A stretch of 64,000 nucleotides of DNA from positions 131,480-195,479 of the forward strand of contig DF237004.1 in assembly GCA_000708835.1 (NCBI GenBank). Direction: 5' to 3'. Below the pieces are notes generated by a model. The model was not told the DNA's origin and searched no databases. It was given only the letters and a program-made list of their open reading frames with translations. Positions within the stretch are counted from its first letter, which is position 1; the number at the start of each line of letters is the position of its first letter. Below are positions 12,501 through 23,800 of the stretch, one piece after another. A program made the translations under genes and the position numbers. The DNA comes from Klebsormidium nitens. Its lineage: Eukaryota; Plantae; Klebsormidiophyceae.

Positions 12501-12504
12501 GTGA
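6558..12504 (+). CDS. CFAP45: Cilia- and flagella-associated protein 45 (FAP45/CCDC19), 11 exons: 6558-6641, 6919-7014, 7368-7454, 7654-7767, 8040-8110, 8488-8605, 9073-9228, 10234-10374, 11005-11193, 11515-11749, 12230-12504; 521 aa
   Basis: Exons join in phase (1566 nt). Recognisable FAP45 motifs: YKV/ISRSSTVDESLFG, VLLTKGDIQRIK, EVKRMNQMMLYSKCMTVRDKQIEEK, VARLRGMQEKANDKQAEIDALRAQR.QEA.EREWR.KER, C-terminal LEKEGVPEKYRAEL. Intron 8 needs a GC donor (CAG|GCAAGC at 10375). Confidence 0.95.
9341..9561. mobile_element. Small element in CFAP45 intron 7: 27-bp inverted arms (9354-9380 / 9513-9539) around a G-rich core, flanked by ~16-bp direct repeats (9341-9356 / 9547-9561)
   Basis: ATAAAGTTTAACACCTATAAGGATCTA versus the reverse complement of TAGATCCTTATAGGTATTGAACTTGAT match at 24/27. 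Direct repeat GCGACGCACAAGGATA / GCGACGC-CAAGGATA. The core recurs inverted at ~10845-10930. Confidence 0.6.
10037..10149 (+). repeat. Degenerate duplicate of CFAP45 branch point, acceptor and exon 8 start, ending in an in-frame stop
   Basis: GCTAACCCC..GGTTAT..CAG|GAGCGCAAGCTGGAGCGGCAGCGGCAGGAGGAG matches the real GCTAACCCC..GGTTAT..CAG|GAGCGCGAGCTGGAGCGTCAGCGGCAGGAAGAG at 10207-10266. It reads ERKLERQRQEERPAVPDTIELERKR*. Confidence 0.85.
10845..10930 (-). repeat. Second, inverted copy of the G-rich core repeat, in CFAP45 intron 8
   Basis: The reverse complement GGGTTGGCTGGTGGTCAGGGTGGGTTCGGGTGCGGAGCGCGTCATCTTTTGGGTTAGGTTT aligns to 9411-9473 GGGTTGGTATGGTGGTTAGGGTGGGTTCGGGTGCCAAGCGCGTCATGTTTGTTGGTTAGGTTT at roughly 80-85% by eye. 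Confidence 0.8.
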
Positions 12505-13758
12505 GTTAAATATATGTTGTGATTAATTTTAGCCGCGGCTTGTAAGTGGGGCGTTCTGGAACCGGTATTTATGCTGGAGACACGGATTCCTTTTCTGAAT
12601 GTTGCAAACGGAACAAAGCCGGTAGCCCGGCCAATAGAAGAGAGCTCGAGGATGTTGAATCTTACCAACTAATCTCACGGTTACTTCTACGTTTAGTGGC
12701 CAGAGCAAAATCAGCTCGATGTTGAGGTTGAGGTTTAGTGGCGATTGCTGCGGAAGCTATCTCAAAAAGCACATTGTCACGACTGATGTGATTACATGCA
12801 TTCCTGGCAGCCGAATGGGCAAACGTTCAGACTCACTCATTCCACTGCAAATGGTCAAATTCGGACAGTTCTCTTCAGATACACCATGATTTGTTGGACT
12901 TCTAGCTCGCCACTTTTACCAAAGGTGACGTGGCAACAACGTGTCATCACTGAGGAGAGCGCAGCTGAATTAATAGATCTTCCCCCGATCTTCCACTCAA
13001 AAGAAGGTACCTATGACGTTCGGTCTGATTGACCTCAGTGGGCCAGGCGATCCGTACCGTAGAAAAACGAGATGGCTGGGGGACAGGACGATATTGCGTC
13101 GCAGTCGACTTATTTTGGACGTCAAAAAATGGGTGCTTCAGTTTTGTTTCCAACCGGTTTTGCATAGTTTACATCAAACCCGACCCAGTACCCTGTCCTG
13201 ACGTCGCCATCACTGAGCTCCCCGAGGCTAAATGTTGCAGACTGCGGTTGTTATGTGAAGATTGGACGGCTGCGACGCGGATTCGGCCATCTTGAGCCGC
13301 CTTCTGCGGTCCACCTTACACTGGCGGGTTGGTGGCCATGATAAATCGGTACTTTTCCTCAGGCATGTCAACATTTCTGCTGCTGTCGAGTCGGTTGGAG
13401 ATGTTGGTCGGCGCATGTGCCGTAAGAAAGGGATCTTACGGGCTTCCAAGTTCCAACCCACCCTTTCACCCTAAGTCACCAGTCTCCCAGTCTTCGTATA
13501 GATAGTATTGAAGCAGTACGTTTGGCAGATATAGGCCATGTATGACTACCATCATTGTGGCTATCATAGCGTATATCATTGATCTCATCGTCAATCACAA
13601 AATGTGTATACCGCAAGCACAAACTTGATCACGGACGCTTGTGCACTCATGAAAAATATGGTTGCGCGATCCATAACTAGCGAGCACTTGATCCATTGAA
13701 CGCGCAAGGTTTGGAAATGTGATAGGCACGAGGTACACTTTCTCCACTTTCTTACAAT

Positions 13759-14384
13759 TTACCAACCCGTCTTCAGCTTTGGATATAATTGCAGATTTCC
13801 GTCACTGGTTATCAGCCTGAAATCGTATCTCATGGCTTGCTCCGCAATTGCCGCATCGAAATAATCGGTTGCGGCCTTGCCAGGCAAAGCCTTCGATGCC
13901 CTCAAGGTGGTAAACCCAATGACGTCATCTGCCGTGACCTCATCAAAGATGGCCACGTTCCCCGTCTTCTCCAGGAAATCTAGCATAGCAACCCCCTCCA
14001 GAACCTTCCTCCCCCTGTCCATTACTACGATTCGACCTGAGCGATAAGAAGTCGACCTCAAAAACGACCGGCAACGACACGTATACATTCGTGAGTTGTT
14101 CAAGGAACAGCCTCGTTTCTTTTGACATCTGATTGCTAAGACTTTCCGGTGGTTTTTGCGAATCTGCCTTGGGCTCAATTTCAACCGTTGCAAAAACAAA
14201 TCTGCACATGAGTCAGGCAAAAGTTGATCAGGCAAAAGTTGATCAAAGTCACCACAAAGTGGGCATTGAAGTTTTAGGAGTTTGAGGGCAGCAACCGAGG
14301 CCACGAAAGACAGAGGACACCTTTACGAATTGATCATCGAACGATGTCCCACATTAACAAGCGCAACTCAAAAAAGGCTCTCAT
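13759..14384 (-). pseudogene. VapC-like PIN-domain ribonuclease (COG3744-type), frameshifted, with a probable intron at 14320-14129
   Basis: The C-terminal frame ends AATDYFDAAIAEQAMRYDFRLITSDGNLQLYPKLKTGW*, like DPFDRLLIAQA..EGL.LVT.D..F..Y....LW. A second frame gives MSKETRLFLEQLTNVYVSLPVVFEVDFL, joined by a shift at ~14044 to RSGRI. An upstream ATG at 14384 reads MRAFFELRLLMWDI, in register with MRLLLDTHALLWWL. Confidence 0.7.
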
Positions 14385-15772
14385 AAACAACCGCAACGTG
14401 ATGTGCTGCATGCGACCAGCTAATGTAGTCCGAGTCGAACAAGCAAGTCGAAGCACGCTGCTCGGAGAGCCTTCTGATCGCTAGGCTCAAGTTGGGTGGG
14501 GAGCTAGAGACCAATCCAGAGCAGACAAGTTACCTGTGAACTAAAACAACAAGACCTTTCACATCCAGCGGCTTCACATATCGATTTCAAGCCCATCTTC
14601 TTCTCATGAAGTGGGGCAAAACGAAGGACCAAGAACACAGAACGACCAAGAACAACCGTCTTACCTTAAGACTGCATTCGTGTCTAACATTACGCGACTA
14701 CTCTGGGGCTCCTTCCACAGGTCCGGCCCGCTCAAATGATTGGTTGCTGCATTGGGGGTTTCCGTCGCCGCTCGTATTCTCCCCGCCGACCTCCTCGTTC
14801 GTGGACTCCACACACCGACGTCCCGAGCTCCAATACTCGTTGCCCGGGACGTTGGCCACCCGAGATCGAATTGCGTGTAAGCTCAGCGAGAAAGGATTGA
14901 ATGCAATTCAGCACGGCTTAGCAGGTGCAGGTAGCACGTGGGAGGTGGCATGTGCCCCGAGCATATTGAAAGCTCGTTTTACATGAAATCGAAGCCTTTT
15001 TTGAGTAAGATTCTTTCCAGACTCTCACTTCTCATTTACCCATAGAAGGGCAGCAAAGACGACTGATATAGAGACAAACTCCTAAATTCTCAAAAGTCGA
15101 ATAGAATTTCCAGAAACTGCGCATCTGACCGAGAGCCAAAGTTAGGCGGGCGATGGTTAAAGTCGGTTCAAGCGCTTTCTCTCAATGACCTTCCTAGTAA
15201 TTGATAAATTGAGAGATCAGAGCAATTCCAACAAGGGGGAGCAGCATCGAGGATGCGATTAAACAGGTGTAAGGCCACACGATGCAGTCTTGCATGATAC
15301 CCTGCCAAAAGACTCTTGGCGATAACTGGAGAGAAGCGTTTCTGAGGAGTATGTGACGGCAGCGGAGAAGCAAAAAGACGGCAACGGAGAAGCAAGAAGA
15401 ACTCAACTCTGCAGAGGGAAGACTCGAAACGAGACATCTTCAAGGTAGACAGCGCATGTGAGTCAGCCGTTGTTTGAAAGATTGGCAGCTCCAAAGAGGT
15501 TGCTTTACAAAAAATTTGAGAAAGGTGTTGTACTGTTTCTGGACTGGAGTTGAGGCACACTACGAATGTTCTGAAGAGATGAAAGGGACTCAAAGCCTGG
15601 TGGACATAAAAGCAAGATTATGAAGATGGAACCGCAAACACTTACATAAGACCGCCGTACAACATTCAAATATTCTGCACCTTGCTGGAGGTTCTCCTAT
15701 TCGGGGTTGCTTCTGTTATTGTGCCCAAAATGGACACAAACGATGATGAGAAACGTCTAGAAGGCGACTTAC

Positions 15773-16572
15773 ATAGCCCACATGCTGCCGCCGGTAGATG
15801 GGGCGGCCGTCCTCGTTGAACCCAATTGGCTTGGCGGCGAGCTGGTCCTCGCGAAGACGCCTTTCGATCCTCTCAGCGGCTACAACAGCAAGAGAAAGTG
15901 CATCAACAATCTGCGAGAGTTGCACCGCAAAGTGGCTGATCACTGTGACCATGGAGATCTACACCACATAACGTAAGGTAACGAGGTGCTGAGTATGAAA
16001 AGGTTCTCTTCTTTAATTTTCGAGCCTAACTTGCTGCTGACAGCACGTGCAAACCCACGTGCAAACCCACAAGCATAGCGCCAGAAGTCCACGCTCAAGC
16101 ATAAAATTTGAGGCTATCTACGAAACATACACGTTTCTTGTAGCAGTAAACGAAGACAACCGCATGCCTAAATTGACTTTGAAGCACAAGCCCACCTCGT
16201 TCTTGCCGCGACTTGTACATGTTGCCGTCATTGCCTCCGGGCACCGCTGAAAAGCAGAAGCCAGAGTATTACATTGAATCTTTTGTTTCGCAGCAGGCAT
16301 TCGCAACCCAGAGAAAGAAAAGATACTCATACAAACAAGTAAGGCGGGCAAAGATCAAGTGCAGCGGACAATCTCAACCTCATACATTTGATGCATAGGT
16401 GAGAGAGAGCCTTGAAATACTTTGTGGTGCTTGACTGGAGGATAAAGATTGTGAAGCGTCACATAAACCGTCAGATTCCACCAATTCAATGGCCCTGCTT
16501 TGAGATGCCTCGAGCTTGGTTTCTCACCATTTGCTGTACTGCCGCCATCATGCCGGACACCGATGTGACGAG
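15773..16572 (-). CDS. Partial spliced gene of unknown function (three internal exons 16572-16528, 16246-16196, 15910-15773); ends unresolved
   Basis: Each exon has a CAG acceptor and a GT donor and a length divisible by 3. Joined: LVTSVSGMMAAVQQM|RCPEAMTATCTSRGKNE|IVDALSLAVVAAERIERRLREDQLAAKPIGFNEDGRPIYRRQHVGY. Further exon-like pieces lie up to ~17300. Confidence 0.45.
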
Positions 16573-17804
16573 CTGTTGACAGATGTAAATATCAGTGGTG
16601 CAATAAGTTTGCCGTAATCATTGTGATGCAGATTCCAGTACTTTGATTCCGCTTACACAGCGGGTCAGAGCAGCCGGGCTACTCTCTTCTGATTGACCGT
16701 ATGTACGAGGTGGCCAACCTCAGATGAAGCAGACAAATGTCACATGTGAAGCACCTCAACTAAGTCACATTGGAACCCTTATCACACATTTGCATCTCCT
16801 GCATGCAATCCTACTGAAATCGGCAAGAAGTCTTACTTGTCATACGCGGACTCTCTTCTTTGCAGCTCCTCACAGTGGCACCAAAGGCTACACCTGCAGC
16901 ACCATGCAGCAAACAAAAAAACACTACAACCCTTCACTAGCAAGCGCACTCAGTCAATGCTTATGATTGAGATTAATACTCGAGTAAGGCGTGCAAACAC
17001 ATGGTGGCGATCAGGACATGATACAAGCACCGAAAAAAGTCGTCCAGTCTCCACCATGTTCCATCCTCCATCCAGATCTTACAAGATTGAATGAGAAGCA
17101 CACGATGCAAGTTAACCACCAAAACTTGAACATGCACTAGCAAGAATTTGAAGCTCAGAAGCATCCGCATACTTCCCCAGTCCAATCTCTTCTGCTCCAG
17201 TTTCCAGCTATTCTGGACGTTCAGTGCACTCACTGGTGCCGCTCAATGGCAGGGCGAGGCTATAAGCGCTGGCGCTCATGACGGAATTCCTTCTCTTGGA
17301 CGTAGAGAATCGTGATAAGAACCTCACTAAAGATACCCTGCAAGCTACTTTCCAGCGCCTTCGGACACTGACAGCTCGAGAGCGCCCTGGTGGGAATTGG
17401 GAAGCTCGAGCTGATACCCTAATTTGCACATTGAAATCTGAAGGGTTTTGCAATACCTAATGTAGATCCGAATTGGAGAGGCAACCTGACCGGGTTACCT
17501 TTAACGATGTTTTCTCTGGCCTAGGTACTAAGTAAGTCTAAACCTAAGGCTAAAGAGGTTACAGGATTGTAGCAGGATTGGTCCGGCTAAAGTGGTCAAG
17601 CAGCTAAGCTGGAGCTTGACCGTAGCTTGAGCATTTACTAGGGTTAGGGTTAGCGGCATTGAGCGAGTCACCGTGAGGCTTGAGCTGCTGTCTGAAGTCA
17701 CTGAATTGAATCCGCCATTTGATCGTTCCAGGTGTTCGCCTTCAATAGGCTTTGAGGTCAAAATCCACCCACAATCGTCTGCATTCGCAAGTCTGACAAG
17801 CTTT

Positions 17805-20800
17805 ATGGCCCAACAACATGATGCCACCACTCTTCTTCAGCATGCGAGTGGGGCCTGGGATTTGAGACTGATATCCATAATTTCCACTTTAACCCCTCCC
17901 CCAACACAGAGCTGAAAGTTTGTGCCACTGCACTGGTGCAGACCGCATTGACCACTTCACTGCAGAGCTTGATGCGATGCTCCAGATACTTCAAAGCCCC
18001 ACAGCTAATGACACGGGCCAGCTAAACTCTCTGCTCGCGACGTTGCAGTTGGCTTTGAGCTGCAAGGAGCTCCGCGCCTCGTGCCCCTTCTCGGACCCCG
18101 ACTCATTCGTGTGGCAAGCGACAGTTCAAACCCTGGCCCCCGGGGCGGCTTGCAGCCGCCTCTTTTGGCGAGCAAACCGACAGAAGCTAGGCAGCTTTCT
18201 AAGTATTCTCCATGAGGTGATTTTAGCGCCTCACCATCGGGTTTCCCTTCGCGACCACTGGCTGTGAAAACGCTTCTTAGCCCAGCACTTGGTTACATTG
18301 AGCTTGAAAGACAACTAGGTAGTACGTTTTAGGCTTATCAATGCTCTTGCCTATTGAAGATCCAGGGTGTGTGGTGATAATACTGGGGGATCCCCCTCAG
18401 GTATGACCCTGGGGATAGGCGAAATGGTGGCTTTAGCATAGCTGCCTTACATACGTAGAACTTGTGGCTCTCGTGGGTGGCAGTTTCGGCAGCTAGCTTC
18501 TCATAAGTGATGGTCGAAGCAGTTCAACGACCAAGATGATTTTGTTGCACACACATCACTAAGATTGAAAGCGAGCGGCTGTTGTTGGATTGGGAACCAC
18601 CCCTGAGCTTTGAAATCGGGTTTTGGTTCTTGAGGGCTGACCTAAACTCAAAAACCCAAAACCCTTGGAATTGTGAAGTGCGGAGCCTTACGTCTGCTTG
18701 TTCCTGGCAGGCACAACCTGCTGCAGCTCAAAAGGCCAAGGAAAGCTGGCTCGACTGCTTGAAAAGGTGCGCAATATTGAGTCGTGATCTTACGTGTGAT
18801 GTTCTGATCTCAGTGGTCCCCTTCGACGTGAATTAGGGCTCACTTCAATGCAGTCCTCCATAGCACCAGTCAAAACACTTGATAGAAGCTCGTTTCCTTT
18901 TGATTACAGCTTCCTACCCGTTCTGTGTGTTCCACCGATTGTTTCTTGCATTGGTTTCGACAAATTCACTTGCTTTCGCAAATGAATAACCCCTTGCGCT
19001 TTTAGCTGCTGCGAGACACTGGTCATTAGTGTAACACTCTCTTTTGCAGTGTCCTTTTGCTCGAAGGCAGCGCTTGGAAACCTCTGCCGCTTGTGGATGG
19101 TTCGGCGGCGCCTTCGGATTGGACACTTAAGGTCAGTCTTCCAGCTCTCCTAAATGTCTTGTAGATCCCTCTCCAGCTCTCCATATTGTGTTTCAGATTC
19201 CTTTCCAGCTCGTCTACTACGCAAGGCTCGTTTGTTAGACAATTCACATCTCGATAGTTTTCCAGGGTTGTTGTCCGCTTTCCTTAAGCATTGACATTTC
19301 ATCCAGCGGTGGATGACCCTTTCTGAAAGGCCAGACTGTAAGGAACCTTTCATCCGTATTTCATCCGTCCCTGTTCTGACACTTGCCGGAATTTAAGACT
19401 AACCCAAAAAGAGAATTGGAAAGAAGAGGCAGTGCACTCTGTTTCGATCCTAAATTGCCTCCCAAACGTCTCCGTCCCCCGTTTAGCTTTGGGGGGGAGT
19501 GTTCGTTTCTGACAAAAGAGATTTGTTCGACTTTTTTGACTTTTAATTTTTCCTACTGAATCGAGCCGGCGACCGAAGCACAAGCCCCGCTCATCCTGTT
19601 TCTCTCTCGGACCGCCACAGGATGACGTCAGAGAGGCTACTTTCTACGAGATCGAGTTCTGCTGCGCCATTCTCGTCGCCGCTGAGCTTCGTATTCCGTT
19701 CCGTTCGTCCCGAGCCCATCTCCCGACCGGAAACGGAACGGCACAACTGCCCGGCACAGCCTCCCGGGCCAGTTCACCCGCTGAGGAGAGCGGGAAGCCG
19801 ACCGCGCAAGGGGCTGACCGCCAGGAGTTGGTTGACGTCATTGCCTGGGTGAGCGGCAGAGATGACGTCAGACTTTGGTGTGCGGTCAAATTGATGCCTT
19901 TGCATGAGCCAGCTTTTATGGAGGCGTACTAGAGTAGAATTGACCCGTTGCCTCATCATCAACGCTCTTCGGGGGCTATCTGGCAGGTGACTCAGAGAGA
20001 GCTGCTGTGAGCTCCATTTCCGGATCAGTGCCCCATCTCCTTTGGTTACAGGCTGCAAGCTGGTCTCGAGCCGCTTGCAAAGACATTCTCGCCCGTCTGT
20101 TGTATCTGTTCTGGGCCCCTTGCTCGCCGTTCGAATTTGCCTTCTCCGCCTTCTCTCATCGAGTCGCGTGCATGACGAGTTCCTTCTTGTGAACGACTTA
20201 ACATTGTCAAATATCTATCAGATTATTTGTCGTTGATCAAGTTCTCGTTTGTGTTCGACCGCCTCGCCGCTCTTTGGACCAACTTGATACTTTTGCTCTG
20301 CTCATCCTTAAGACTGCCTGCTGACTGCTATGCATCGGGATCGAGATTCCTCTCCTTTCATTCTGCCGCTAAAAGCCTTTTGGAAACCAAACCTGATCTT
20401 ATTCTAGTCTCGACCGTCGATCCCCATCCATGTGTACTGCTTACCGTCGATTCAAGCCTGGTTTCTTTCCTCACCGTCGATCTGGCTTCACAGGCATACT
20501 CCCTGGCGCATGCGGTCTCAGCACACCAGCTCGAGGGCCAACAGCGCCTGGAGGCGGTAAGCTACCAAACCCGGTTGTTCACCCGAACTTCATTCTCAAA
20601 CTAGGGGTACATTTCTGCCCCGAAGATTTTCATAGGTCTGTCATTTTGAGACTCGCTCGTAGCAATTATGTCCAGTATGGCGTCCTGAGATTCCAATGAC
20701 CTCTTTAGGCTGCTTGACCCTGTGTGCACTTCCAGAGAATCTTGAGCTTCTCCCTAACACACAAAGCTGAGCCAGGTAAAAAAAGAGTTCAGCTTCAAAG

Positions 20801-23800
20801 AAAGCCCATCTCTGTGACACTTCTAATCTCCAAGACTCAAACTCACTTTCAAATCTGTCTTCTGCAGATGTTCGTTCACGTAATGGACGTATACGTCATC
20901 CCCGGTTTGGTCCTCCTGCTGGCCCAGAGGGAACCCCCTGCCAACCGTGCTGCGGCTGAAGCGATCCTCCACAGCGTGCGGGCGCGCGCGTGCGCACTGG
21001 GCTGCGCGCTCTCTGCGGTGTTTTCCTACCTGGACGTTGGGGGCGGTTCTGGTGAGGCGTCGAATGTTCCCCTTCCTACTTTATTGTTCTTATGTGATTG
21101 GTCGTTGAGCCATCGCGTTACTTGAATTCTTCAAGTTCTTAGCAATCAGAATCTTGCATTAGCAGGATTGCCATGTCTTTGTTACCTTTGAGGTTCCTCC
21201 TTGCGTCCCTTTGCTAGTTTCCGGGCTTACTCTCTGTACCATTGTTAGCAACTCACTTCGTGTCACAGTACTTTTGGTACATTTGCGGCACTACAGCGGC
21301 TGGTTAAAAGCTCCTCAGAACACTTTACCTGGGCTCTAAATTCTGGCGACTGTCGGCTTGTGAAGCCTCACGAAAGGGCTGCGTTTATTTATCGATTCGG
21401 TCCGACCGTCCGAGCGTCCAATATTGACGGCTGCGACCGACTTGCAAATGAGATCGACGGCCACGGCGGTTTGCACTGTCGAATTTTCAGCGGTGCCCAC
21501 AAGCACCGCCGAAATGTCACCCTTATATATTGGATTACCAGAGGCCGGAACATCCGAGTTGATAAATTTCTAGAATTTCTTATTGCCGTGAAAGACCGGC
21601 ACCAAATCCAATCCCCAAAATCCAACAAATCAACAACAAATCCACAAAAACAAACAATCAAAATAATCAACAACAAATCCAAACTCCCTGCGGGGAAAGA
21701 AAAAAAAAAAAAAAAACCAACAAATCCAAACTTCACAGAAACAAAACCCCACAAAAACCACAAAATCAACACTCACAAATTTAAGAATTTCTCGAGCATC
21801 TTTAACCTTGAAAGTAAAAGCCCTACTCCGAATACAGAAGCACGTCTCAACAGAAAACAAATTGTATTAATGTGAAAGAAATCAGTAGAATGGATGCTGA
21901 TTACATGGCCAGCTCAACATACTCGACGTATCATTGCTAAGTGTGGCCTCAATATCGAGATTTCTTGTAGTTACATTCGAAGCACAAGTGAAAGTATTGC
22001 AGAATAGCAGGAGAAATAACACTTTGTAACACCCACAAGAGATTAGGTTGACGAGCGCACCCATTGACAAGTACGTTAAACCCATAGGCACCCAACCAAC
22101 TTAACCTTTTCAAACCTCAAATTGCCATACCAGCAACACCGGACCCTCCCTTCATGCTTCAAGGTATATCTGTTCTTGAAGTTTCTGTCACCTACACATA
22201 CATTGCTCTTTTTAAACCATCATCTCTGAAGCCACGCGCAATTGTTGAGCATATGGTCTTATTTCTCAATTGTCCTCATCGTTTGCAGCCGCGTTTAGCT
22301 CGTGGGCACAACCAGGCCTCAAGCCCCACTCAGGGCTCTTTCCCCTCTTCGCCGCTCTCCTAGTCGAACGATTCCCGGGCTCAGTACTTGCACGGGGAGT
22401 CTTTTCCGATGCAAAACCTGCTGACGGTCTATCCAGATCGCTGGAATGGGCAACCGGGGGATCTGCCACCGCTCTAGTTGCCACAGTCTTGCAAGCTATT
22501 TGGTGAGATGTGTCTGATGGTTTTAACCTAGTTTTAACCTCGCTAAAATTTGCTAAGGACCGTTCTGTTCTTCTTATGGCGAACTGTTGTTCTGTATTTG
22601 CTGTTTAATCGGAGGCTGTGATCCTTCGAAAAGGGCCCTTGAAGTGGACGACGTGTCTGTGTATGGGAGAACTCACAAACAGCATTAAGCATGTGGCGGT
22701 GAAAGCGGAGTTGCTCGAGAAGTTTAGCAGCCTCTTTTAGAGCCTGGCCAGTGCTTTTCATGTTTACAATGTTTACAGTGCCCAGCTCAGAAAGGCATGG
22801 CCCGGAAAGACTCACCCACTTCTTTGTTGCTCATCGTTGTTTTGTAGCCCTTCACTGATAATTGTGCGCTTCGAGCGAGAATAACTGCCAGATCTCGAAC
22901 GTGTTTGTGCCCTCTCGACTTCGATTGACTTCTCTCTCCGTTTCAACGCCATAATCTTCTTCCGTGTTGCGTTGATCTTCATCGTTCCAATCCTCATCGC
23001 TTCTGTAGGACCTGAGCTCTGTCGAGAACCTTCTGGAATCTCACTGAAACCCTTGCCTTGTCCGTCTCGCAGCCGAGAACACTCCCACGATTTTTCGGGC
23101 CGCCTCGCTTTGAGCAACACGCAACCACTGCTCGTATTCTCCCAGGTATGTGGTGGTCGAGTTTCTATCTTGCGAAGTTCATATCCTGTCTAGTCGCAGT
23201 CCGCGTCCCATTTCGTTCTTAATCCGGATCTTAAGGGAGTGGGCCACACTGCGTGAATTCTATGTCCTTTGAGTGCGCTTGGGGGTTCGCTCATCAATAG
23301 TTCGCCGCTCAGTGGCCCCGCTGAATCCTGCTTCAGATAAAAGCCAACGTCGATTTACCATGGCCGTTCATCAGCCCAGTTCAGAGAAAACCGCTTTTGG
23401 GGGTCTCGTGTTATTCACTTCTATACTGATGACAAGGCATTTCATAATCACAGGGTTTCGAACCAACCCATGAGACCTGTATGCCGAAAACAGGACAGCA
23501 GGCCCGAGTTGTTTGTCTTTCCAACTCTCCCTGTCGGACTGGGCACCCGAGTACATCTGTTACACNNNNNNNNNNNNNNNNNNNNNNNNNNNNNNNNNNN
23601 NNNNNNNNNNNNNNNNNNNNNNNNNNNNNNNNNNNNNNNNNNNNNNNNNNNNNNNNNNNNNNNNNNNNNNNNNNNNNNNNNNNNNNNNNNNNNNNNNNNN
23701 NNNNNNNNNNNNNNNNNNNNNNNNNNNNNNNNNNNNNNNNNNNNNNNNNNNNNNNNNNNNNNNNNNNNNNNNNNNNNNNNNNNNNNNNNNNNNNNNNNNN

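Noticed and set aside
13480-13750. Possible antitoxin or second ORF downstream of the PIN stop
   Set aside because: Only short frames interrupted by stops, with no Phd/YefM, AbrB or RHH pattern. More likely 3' flank.
13759-14304. ORF-track 181-aa protein taken at face value
   Set aside because: Its N-terminal ~85 residues (including the DQLLPDQLLPD duplication) fall in a probable intron and the wrong frame. Only the C-terminal part is PIN-like.
17636-17656. TAGGGTTAGGGTTAG telomere-like motif
   Set aside because: Only about two units, too short to call an interstitial telomeric repeat.
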